The position numbers and the translations under genes are program-made. 64,000 nucleotides of DNA, taken from assembly GCF_964355755.1 (NCBI RefSeq), contig NC_092674.1:5518001-5582000 (forward strand). The letters run 5' to 3'. The notes beneath the pieces were generated by a model. The model worked only from the letters and a program-made list of their open reading frames with translations. It did not search any database and was not told where the DNA came from. This DNA is from Antedon mediterranea. Its lineage: Eukaryota > Animalia > Echinodermata. Positions 53,413-64,000 of this stretch are shown here, piece after piece. Position 1 is the stretch's first letter; every line of letters starts with the position of its first letter.

Positions 53413-56400
53413 ATGGATGGATCGGATGAGATTTTGTGTGGAGTAATGGTAAAAAGGTCCCAAAATAAACGTGGATTAACGCCAACTAATTTCAAAAAGA
53501 GGGTTTTTTCATTGACGCACACTCGTGTGAGTTATTACGACACTACATCAAATGGGGTAAGTAACGAAGCAAATTACCTGAATATTATTTCATTGATGAA
53601 ATTGAATGTTTTGTTTTTTTTATTTATTTGTTTTATTAAATTTTCCACACACATCAAATATACAGATACAGTTGTATATTCTAATAAAACATAAATTGAT
53701 TATAAATTAGATTAAAATAAACATGAGTGTGGATGGAGGTCAAATAAGTTAAACAAGGCTGACCCCCATATCAAACATTATATACTGTACATGCATTATT
53801 ATCTATATATAAATTTACGTAAGGGCAAAATTCGGTAAATCGCGCGTTACTTTTAGAATGTTTACTCGATGGTATATAAAGTTGGTTCGTACTTTCGGTA
53901 CTGATTTTAACCACCTGATGTAACCCTGTTTACTAATTAAATTGAGTCAGATAATTAGTTATTGACGATTAAAACGAATTTAGGTTCAACGATTTGCCCC
54001 AAATAGGGGTGTTTTCCGATCGTAGCATACACTGTCTAATACATGTCCATCGTGAAAAATACCCGCATACAATAATACGAGGATGCTTCGCATTTTCCTA
54101 TCTCTTCCTACGATAACTGTTTTTAATGGCTGAAAACCGGTTGAACAGCTCGAGTACAGCATCATAATGTTGAAGACAGGCCGATTTTCTTTAAAAAAAT
54201 ACTATTTTGATAGATTTAATATACGTTTATAGAAATGTATTGATTTGCAATGAATGGAACATTCCAAATTATTGCATACCTCCATGGTTTAACACAAGTA
54301 GGTAAATTTATAGACCCTTGGAGAATAAACAGAAATAGTATTGTAATGCTATACAATACTGCAAATAGGTATTAACCACTTTTGATCGCCATTTAAATCA
54401 AAAGTGTGTTGGTACTGTTAGATATAATATAAACAAATATACTAATAAACGTTATCACTGTGAGTGTGGGTAGCCCCTACTTTTAGATTATAAACACATA
54501 ATAATATAATACTTTATTACTTTCAGTTGTTTCTCAACGTCTGTATTAATTAATAATTACAAAAATATAAACGTATTAGTGGTCTTTAAATGTACTTTAC
54601 TATTTCAATCGACCATGAGACAGTGACAGTTTTAATAAAGTATTAAATCGGAAATGTTTTACTCTATTTAGTGGTATATTATGTATAGGCCTATAAAAAA
54701 AATATTTCGTTACTGATTGGATAATAAAGATATATAAAGAATAATTTAACAAAATTGGGTTTGTTTAAATGAGTCCAAATAACAAATTTCGACTCATTTT
54801 GTGAGTTTCTAGGTGCTAATTTTGGTTGACTACATAAATCATTGTGTCTATTTATTTGTTTCTGTAAGCGACAATGTTTTATAGTCCTGCCGTACGTACA
54901 TTTGAAATCGCCAGTTTTTTTACGCTGAAATTACTATGTATTCGAGAACCATCTGCGGGCACGACCTAGATGGTATGCGAGCGAAGCGAGCGTACCATCT
55001 AGTAATTATAATTATGCTATAAAATATAGTATTTAAGTTTTGCTTACTTACAATGTGCAGATTATTTATGTTATTTCTTTGCCATATTCTGCAGTGGAAT
55101 GCTGCTGCTAATGATTAGATGCATTATTTACATGTATGTTTAACACTTTGTCTGTCTACTGAGCCCTCTGCGAGAACAGTCCTGTGCTGATAAAGTAGTC
55201 AGTATTTAAAGAAGAAAGATTAGTTTTGACTGTTGTTTAGCCCTTCCATTGATATTGTATGTTTTATTGTAAAAGAACGAAATAGACAATATATTTTCTG
55301 TTTTTTTTTACCACCAGGTGAGGGCTCAAAAAAAGGGAAGTGTTGACCTAAAAAATGTCAAAGTGATTCAAGAAGTTGATAGAGAGGCTTTCAGTAAACC
55401 TCATGGTATCCAGGTAAACATTGTGACAATCACAACTTCTTTTCTTTCTAATTAAGGTTACTTACAGTACCTCTCAATTTAGAGATTCCCTCTGTTGATC
55501 AGTACAGCAAAAGTTCAGGTAAAAATTGTTAAGATTCTATAATTTATATTATTTTTACAGATTTGCCATGAAGACTATAAACTTTATTTTTTTGCAAGTT
55601 CAGATGATGAACGTAAAGAGTGGGTCATAAAAATACAGGAATGTAAGTAAATAAATACTTTGTAATTGTTACTATAGGACACCTTAAGGCGTCATCTACA
55701 AATTATTTCAGACCACAGAGACGCGTCTGAAAACTTGCAACCCATCAGACGCGTCTGTCCAATGCTGAACCTCATTAACGATCTATTATGAATATTCATG
55801 AGCTACCCAATCGCGGCGAAGACGCGTCTGTGTGATTAAAACCCGTCTTTGCTGTTTAGTAGGTAAAACAATAGAAAACGCGTCTGAGTGATTAAAACCC
55901 GTCTGTATTGCTTGTATGGTGAAACAACATTGGTATCATTTCACAGAACCAACAAATCTGAGACTAGGCCTAGGTTATCCTAATTTGGACGGAAATTCGC
56001 TGATGAGACGACATCGGGCCTGTGGACCTCAGCTCATGCAGAGAGAAAGAAAGTCTAGGCTAGCCTAGTTTCGGCGGCCTACACTAGGCCTATAAATTAA
56101 TTAACGCTCCTACCTTGGGTTAGCGAATTATAAAAACAACGACACCTAGGCCTAGGCTAGGATATGAAAAATAAATATATATTCCATATTAAGATAAAAC
56201 ATGTGAGCAGTTTAGAGCTAGAGAGAGAGTATTATGTTTTATGTCATGTGACACAAAATCCAGGTACACGATCTTAATTACTGTTTTATCGTCGTCAGAC
56301 GGCAGCCGCCAGAGTATCGCGTTTCATGCCATGTGACCAAAAAAACTAGGTGTGTATTTATTACGGTCTTCTGTCAGCAGTCTTTTTGAGCGACCGACTG

Positions 56401-59400
56401 AAAACGTTCTGATACTATATTTAGAATGAATTGTTTACGATCTTTTTTTCTCGGCATCGTTCTGGATGGACTGGACGTTCGCTATAATATGTTTATTAGT
56501 TGGCCTGTTCGTTGAGGTTCACTTGTGTTGGATCGCGTGTCTCTACGTTTAAATCGTGGGAAATTTATATTTATATTCGCCGTTGAGTAGGTAAACACGC
56601 ACGAAGGAAACGGTTACGATTAAAAAATATTATATATTTACAACCTGGTCACACCTTCTTACTTCACTAAGAACATCGTAGGGTTGTTTATTTAGGTTAC
56701 GAACTCCCTACAAAGTTCAGAACGTAGCTCATTGAAAGTTGTTTATTGAGGTTACGAAGCCAAAAAATGGAACCTACGAAGCCAACAACGTAGCCTACGA
56801 AGCTACTTCGTAGGTAAAGTTGCAGTATTTTCTTTCTGTACTGTAGGTCAATAGTTTGAGTAATTCCATGTTCCAAAAGTTAACTTTAACGTTTTTGCAT
56901 GTGGTAAATTCACTCTTTAGCACAAGAAAAATAAAATCGCAAAAATAAAAGGTCGCAAATAAATAGAAACGAAAATTTGCGCTTTACAGTATACTCTGTC
57001 GGCGGTAAAAGGGTATACCTGTACTGATTTGTTTGTCTTACTGCCGGTTGTAAATAATAATTTAATATCACGCTCTCAATGAATTCACTTGTATGTAGCG
57101 CGTTTAACACCAGTACACAGTATAACAATGTGCAGTCAGCCGTATATAGGGGCGGGGCCATAGTCGAACATGTATATTGGCGTCTAGACGCAGCCAAATC
57201 AGACGGGTTTTGAGACGCGTTTTTGGGTAAACAATAGAAAACGCGTCTGGACGCTGATTTGTGGTCTGAAATAATTTGTAGATGACGCCTAATAAGGATG
57301 GCCCTTTTCTTTTTACTGAAAGCAAATCATTTTTTATTCTTAAAGATGTATTGTCCCCCAAAAGTAAGATTAATGCATCAGACTTTAAATAGGCCATTTT
57401 GCAGTTTTAATAAAGTTATTCACTTCTGTGATCCCCTCCTCTCACCCACAAAAAAAATCACTTATAAAAAGACAAAAGAAACAGTAATAATTAAAAATTT
57501 GTTCAGGTAATAAATTTTGTTTCGCTGCAGTTTTTTGAATAACTATTAGGTGACATTAAAATGGCATATTCAACTAAAAATGTCTAGGGGGACAATTTAT
57601 CTTTAATATAGGTTATTTTGTCAGTGTGTCCTGAAGGAGGTGATTAACTGTAAAATAAAGAAATAATGTATGATTGACATTAGCTACATTTATTAAATTA
57701 TTTAAAATACCTTTCCGTTTCTTTTCTCAGTGTGTCTAGAAAACCAATGCTTGTTAGATCGTTACCACAGTGGTACCTGGACAAACAAGTGGACATGTTG
57801 TGAGCAGACTCATCAAGGAGCACCTGGTTGCAAGAACTCATTTAAACATTATCAGGTATTTATAATCAATTGATGAGTCAAATCAGATAGGTGGTAATCC
57901 CCCTGATTCAGGGCTATTTTGTGAACCAGTTTACCGGGGTAACCCCCTATTCTTCTCAAATAATGAACTGGGTTCTTTAAAGTACACACAGGTTATAACT
58001 GTGTACACTGGACCTACGGTTTATAGTCCTTATCCGAAAAGACTTGACTCCAGAACTAGGAGCGAGTCGGCCTCGAACCCTTGCCGATGTTGTTGGCTCT
58101 TTAGGTACATAACAGCGCCCCTGCCTTAACCGCTCGGCCATTTGATTCGCATTTGAGCCTTAGGGAGTCGTGAGTTACTCCCCTAGGTCAGGATTTAACC
58201 CCGAACCATGAGATTTGCAGGCAAGCATGTTAACCACCAAGCTACAGCTCAACTACAGGAGGCTCTCCTTGTCTAGAGTAGCGAATCACATAGCGAATTA
58301 AAATCCGAGATCAAATTACACATATGACTTGTGTGCACATGGAAGATCCTTATCCTTTAATTCCTAACAACCACAATATTATTACCTTTTTCTAAACTTA
58401 TTAAATAATCTTTTTTGCTTCTCCTTTTATTTCTTTAAAATATTTTTTTACCTATATTATTATTTTGCTGTATAATGAATATTTTACTGTAAAACCTTCT
58501 ACCCAATAACATTTTAATCTCCAATTCAAAAAATACATCCTATCTCTTTATATTTAACACATTTTTGTATACCTATTTTATTATTTTGCTGTAATGAATA
58601 TTTTACTGTAGAATTTTCTACCCAATACCATTTTAAACTCCCAATTAAAAAAATATCTCTCTTTATATTTAAAACATTTTTGTCTTGTTTTTTGTTTCCT
58701 TTTTATAAAACAATATTTGATTTTATTTTATTTTTCAATATCGGCTCATTACAATTACAACAGAAAACATAAAAAAAATAATGAAACAAAAAGCCAGGAT
58801 TGTCACAAGCGAACCCAATCACTGTTTAAAGACTTTCCTTTAACATAAATAGAATATAATATAAATATAAAATAAATGACGAGAAAAAAATTAATTAATA
58901 AAAATCTAAGACATTATGTAAAAAAATACAGCAGGGACCAGGTAAAATCAAAAGAAATAGTGTTGGCGAAGACTAGTCTCGAATTCTCGAAACCTGCCAA
59001 GGAGAGCAAGCTCACTTAATTCAGAGGGAAGACCATTCCAAAGTTTACAGAATCTAGGAAACAGTTAAGATTGAAAACAGACAGTTCGAGCAAAGGGTGG
59101 CCTGAATAGAAGATCAAATTTGTGACGAGAAATAGGAGAAAAAAAAGAAGAAACATCAAGATCAATAATAGTGTATAAACATTTGACAACAAAGATAATA
59201 GTTTGGAAATCAATCCGAGAAGTCAAAGAAGGAAGATGAAGGAGAGCTAATCTTTCGGCGTAAGTAGGACGTTCAAAGTGTTTACCTGGAAAAAAGTATC
59301 TTGTAAGAATGCGTTTAGGTTTTTCAAGGAGATTAAGATGGGAAGCCAAATGTGGAAACCACACAGGAGCACCATATTCCAGAATCGGACGACATAAGGA

Positions 59401-62400
59401 TTTGTAAAGCAGAAGAAGAGAATGAGAGTCATTGGTACCAACAGTACGACGGATAAATCCTAAAGTCCTGGAGGCAGAAGAGTGAACAGCTAAAATGTGG
59501 TCGTGCCAGGAAAGGGTACTATTAAGGGTAATGCCAAGGTATTTATGGCTGTTAGTTAGAGATAGAGGGATATCATTAAGAGTATAAGGGTAGAGAGTGG
59601 GATTTCAAGAGCGAGAAACGTGCATAACTTTACATTTATTGATGTTAAGTGACATTTTATTTACGTTGGACCAAGAAAGAATATTGTCAAGATCAGATTG
59701 TAGGATAAGGGAATCGGAGTTAGATTGAATATTCCTGAAGACAACAGTGTCATCAGCATATTGGAGAATATTAGATTGAAGAGTAGAGGGAAGATCCGAA
59801 ACAAAAATATTAAATAACAGAGGGCCTAGTAGAGATCCCTGTGGAACCCCAGATGTTACTTGGGCCCAATTGGAGGAGGAACCATTAAAAAGCACTCTCT
59901 GTGACCGACCAATTAGGTAAGAGGAAATCCAATGAAGTGTAGAGCCACAGAAACCATAGTTGTGAAGTTTTATTTGTACATATTATATAAATATTTACAA
60001 TGTATCTCCTTATCAATTTTATATTTAAAGGTCAATGGACCATGAGAACAATATTCTTTGAAAAAATAGGTTAAAGATGTATTTTCCCCCAAAAAACATG
60101 AAAAATTAAATCAGACTTTTCTTCTTCTCTAAATTCAACCAAAAACCTATTGACTGGCAGCCAATTTGACTATTTTTTGCTTTAAATTACAGTTTTTTCC
60201 AGTTAAATACATTTTTTATACGATTCAGTTTTTGTTCCAAGTGAATAACTATTATGTGACCAAAAAAAATGTAAACAAAATATTTTTTCAGGGAGGAGAC
60301 AATGCATCTTTAATAGTAATAACATTTATTTATCAATAATTATTACCCCATCATCACGATTCATCTATATTTTCTACCCATTTTAACCACCGATGAACAG
60401 TGATACACAAAGTAGTTCATTTCCATTTTGTTGGAATTATAAACATTTTCATTGTGATTGGAAATTCCCCTTTCTTTCCCTGTGGATTGGATTAACCCTG
60501 TACTGTACAAATAGATTACATTTCCTTCCAAGAATGTGTGAGGAATTTATTTTGACCTCAATGAAGAAATTCTCATGTTACACTTCTATAGTGTCAGGAA
60601 AGTGTTTTTTACATAGAATTTAGTGATCTTCACATAGTATATTTGAATCAATAGTTGTTTACTTACTATATAGATATTTAATTATTTACACAAACTAGGA
60701 AATAAGAAAAAAATGGAATAATTTATTCCTGAAATTAATGATTATTAATAGTTGGGAAGAGGTTTTTAATTTTAATATTTATATATTCCTAAATTTAGTT
60801 TTAAAATATTTTTCTGTTTTCAAACCACGAGTATGCATTATACATGATGCTAACTTGTCACGATTGAGAAGGTGTTTTCACACAGATCGCGAGGAAGTTT
60901 ATGATTATGCAAACAGAGTAACCAAACAAGCGCATTGCATTATGGGATATGTTTTGATCGAAAACTTTGACTGGAAGTTTGAACCAAAAATGTCTGTATT
61001 TCAGTTAAATGATTTTTTTTTCGACTAATTTTTGGTGGAAGTTAATAACTTTTTTTCGAAACCTTTTTTTTTTTATTTTTTTTTTGGGAATTTGTCAAAG
61101 GGACAATACATCTTTAAATCTTGAACTTATATCTTTTTTTGGACAGTTTGAACCAGATGTTTCACAACAACGTATCCCACCCAAGAAACCAATACTTCAA
61201 CCTACCCACCAGTCACCAACTCAGCTATCTCCAATTCAATTGCCAAATCAACGGGCTATTCAACATTCTACACAGACCCCACCCCAGGTTACGCACCAGG
61301 CTGCACACCAACCATCAGGACCTGCAGTTGCACCACGCCCAGTACCAAACCCACCCAAACAAAAAGTAAGCATGACAATTTTATATACAGTATTACTAGC
61401 GACTATATCTACGTTGAAATCCTAAATATTTTAAATGTCCTATTATTATTATTATTATTATTATTATTATCACATTTATTTACCCAGGGTAGCCCAAACA
61501 GTTTAAAAACTGGTTTCCGTTGGGGCCCTGTATTTTACGTTATTTGAGGGTAACGTAGCTGCTCTCATTTTGAACACAGTAAGGTCTTAATTGTACTTAA
61601 TGCATAGTATCATGCCATTTGGATTTAAAAACACTTACAGAAGTCTCGGTTCTCTCGGTCAATATGCAAATTTGTTCCATATTGTCTGATATCTTATCTT
61701 CTATCTTGTAGAGTAAGGTCTGTACAAAGAATTTAAGAATTTAATTCTTTCTTTGATTGTACTTTTTAAAATTGTTATGCAATACAAAATGTATCTCAAA
61801 CCCTATCTGTTTCACAAAGAAAGTACTGTATCTTATCTCCACCGTTATTAACCTATCTGGGGAAGATAAAGTGCTGAACTTAACCTATGCTACTGTTCTA
61901 CTGGTAATTTGTTTTGCTGTTGGTGGTGTTTTTTAAATAAAGAACTCTCATTAAGAAACCCAATGATGTAATCCACAACGAATTGACCAATCAGAAGTAA
62001 TAGTTTGAATAATCCATCGTGTTTGATAGGTCGATTCGCTTAAATCCTTGCTTAATGAATGAATAGTGGTTTAAAAAAAATATCTTCTTGGCACTTTGCT
62101 ATATGATTAATTTTTCTGTAAACATGTTTTTGGGGTTTTTTTTTCGTAGACTGTTATAGCAAAATTTGACTATGAACCTCTGCAAGATGAAGACATAGCA
62201 CTAGTGAAGGGAGAAGAATATGTGATATTAGATGATTCAAGGGAATACTGGTGGAAAGCAAAAAATCAGCATGCGTGAGTGTGTCAATTTGTGGTCTAGT
62301 GGTGAAGACATTTGCCCTGCAAGCAAGCAGTTCCATGTTCAAATCTCTCCAGATTACATTTTCCTAATTTTTAAAGAACTTTAAAGATTTATGGTTATTA

Positions 62401-63510
62401 ACCCAATACCGTAAATTTGAGATAATTATTCTAAAATTCCTTATATAGCTAGAATAATTTGTATATTTTTTTTGGAAATATTTTCTTATAATTTCCTATA
62501 ATTTTCTTTTATGGCCAAAAAAAGAAACTCCACACACAATAAGATTTGCAGGCACAGATGTGAAAGACCCTTAAGACTTTATTAATGTTTGTAAACAGAA
62601 TTTCCACCTTTAAGAAAGTTGTTTTTCAGCAACACTTTCAATTAAATTTCATTTAAAATCTCCATTTATTCTTTCCCTGAACTCAATGGCAGTTTGCTAA
62701 ATGTAAAGAGAAATAATTAATTGTTGGTACTTGTCAGTTGCTATCGCCAATATTTTTATTGCAAATAAATATATTATTATTGTTATTAACTATAAATATT
62801 TTATTGTTCTGTAGACAATGTGGCTTTATTCCAAGTAATTATGTAGAGGAAAAGTCTATATACTCTACTGGTCTAGAAAGATATGAGTATGTATAATATA
62901 TTTTATATTTATAATTTTTTATTTATAAGTCGTGTTCAAAAGGAAATAAAATATGGGTGATTGCCTAGTATTCTCCAGAAGATGGTTGTACAAAAATGTG
63001 ATGTGCCCAAATATACCGGTCAATTCAAATATAAATAATATAATAAGCTTTTATGCAAATATCATATTTTATAACATAATTTGGTTCAATTTGTAGTTGG
63101 TACAATGGCACGTGGAATCGACAACGAACAGAAATAGAACTGAAATCTGAAAGCAAGGAGGGATGTTTTACAGTTCGTCCATCAAGTACTAAGGAATTAT
63201 ACACACTCTCTGTCTTAACTAAAGGGTCGGTGACATTTTTAGTACAGAATTCACACATTCTTTTTTATTTTTTCCTGTTTTTTTTTATTAAAAAAAAAAC
63301 AAACAAATTCACACATTCAGAAGAAAACTGTTTTTTGGCTTATGTCTGATTCTTTGATTTTTATTAATTTTTTTAGAATTGGCAATGGAGAAGATGCTGT
63401 TAGACATTACCATGTAAAGCGCAATAAACAAAATAAGTATTATATATCTGATAAACATTGCTTTCTCACAATGGAGGAACTTGTAGAGTACCATAAACAC
63501 AACGCAGGAG
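53413..63510 (+). CDS. Tec/Btk-family non-receptor tyrosine kinase (Btk29A/TEC/ITK-like), 5' part; kinase domain beyond the window
   Basis: Exons 53413-53556, 55318-55413, 55561-55642 (PH: KRSQNKRGLTPTNFKKRVFSL), 57731-57855 (BTK motif YHSGTW...WTCC...APGC), 61147-61365 (Pro-rich), 62150-62274 and 62815-62886 (SH3: YWWKA...GFIPSNYV), 63097-63225 and 63377-63510 (SH2: WYNG...FTVRPSS...VRHYHV...LVEYHKHNAGG); phases consistent. Probable 5'UTR exon donor at ~51823. Confidence 0.93.
53802..55002 (+). mobile_element. Non-autonomous Helitron (family H), copy 2
   Basis: A|TCTATATATAAATTTACGTAAGGGC...TACCATCTAG|T; colinear with 37435-38751. Confidence 0.9.
55688..57289. mobile_element. Non-autonomous PIF/Harbinger-like DNA transposon, 1.6 kb
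   Basis: 30-bp perfect TIR GGCGTCATCTACAAATTATTTCAGACCACA, TAA on both flanks, repeated subterminal ACGCGTCT motifs, no transposase ORF. Confidence 0.82.
57340..57606. mobile_element. TTAA-flanked MITE (family K, Kolobok-like)
   Basis: TTAA|AGATGTATTGTCCCCC...GGGGGACAATTTATCT|TTAA. Confidence 0.75.
57895..58142 (-). mobile_element. tRNA-derived SINE, same family as 26579-26822
   Basis: Reverse complement reads TGGCCGAGCGGTTAAGG...GGGTTCGAGGC...GGATAAGGACTATAAACCGTAGGTCCAGTGTACAC...TTTAAAGAACCCAG. Confidence 0.8.
58740..59970 (-). mobile_element. 5'-truncated CR1/L2-like LINE (RT C-terminus and 3' tail)
   Basis: SGVPQGSLLGPLLFNIFVSDLP...LQYADDT...LQSDLD...NKCKVMH, then frameshifted YAERLALLHLPSL. 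Confidence 0.9.
60071..60313. mobile_element. TTAA-flanked MITE (family K)
   Basis: TTAAAGATGTATTTTCCCCC...GGAGACAATGCATCTTTAA. Confidence 0.68.
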
Positions 63511-63704
63511 GTAAGAATTATTAAGATATGAAGCCTATTAATTCATGTGCTTTAATCTTAATTGTTCAGCATTGTTAAATAGAAAAGAATTAAAAAAATA
63601 ACATTGAGTAGGCCTACACAGATGCATCAATATTTTCAAGTACCGCAATATCGATAGAGGAATCGGTAAATCAATATCAGAAGGCCTTTGTTAAATTTGT
63701 ATAA

Positions 63705-64000
63705 CTAGATGGTACGCTCGCTTCGCTCGCGTACCATCTAGGTCGTGCCTACAGATGGTTCTCGAATACATAATAATTTCAGCGTTAAAAAACTGGCGAT
63801 TTCAAATGTACGTACCGCAGGACAATAATACATAAATAGACACTGTGATTTATGTACTCAACTAAAATTAGCACACTGGGAATTACTTCCGAAAGAGAAA
63901 CTTGTCACAAAATGAGACCAATGGTTTAAGTCAAATTTAAACAAACTTAATTTGTGCTTTGTATGTAACATTAGGGTTGAGGGATGGGGAAGAGGATGGG
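63705..64000 (-). mobile_element. Non-autonomous Helitron (family H), copy 3, 3' end only
   Basis: Reverse complement of the 3' ~300 bp of 37435-38751, ending CTAG|T. Confidence 0.88.

Overview
AT-rich animal genomic DNA with GT-AG spliceosomal introns, probably from a marine invertebrate deuterostome (inference only). From left to right: (1) the first coding exon of a minus-strand cyclic-nucleotide-gated channel alpha-subunit gene, flanked by a 45-bp and a 57-bp minisatellite whose long ORFs are artefacts; (2) four intact tandem 11-exon paralogues (12.6-46.9 kb) encoding secreted ~805-aa mosaic proteins (signal peptide, two copies of an unrecognised ~155-aa domain, PAN/apple, EGF, F5/8C discoidin, and an unrecognised ~180-aa C-terminal domain). 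These have near-identical frameworks, hypervariable patches, patchwork paralogue relationships and a stray chimeric copy of a variable loop in one intron, making them a candidate diversified recognition family; (3) MED7 head-to-head with a Tec/Btk-family kinase (PH, BTK motif, Pro-rich, SH3 and SH2 exons; the kinase domain lies beyond the window), the same arrangement as human MED7-ITK. Introns hold non-autonomous Helitrons (one family with a flip/flop terminal hairpin), MITEs, tRNA-derived SINEs and LINE fragments. All exon coordinates were derived by hand from splice signals and reading-frame continuity; no database search was run.
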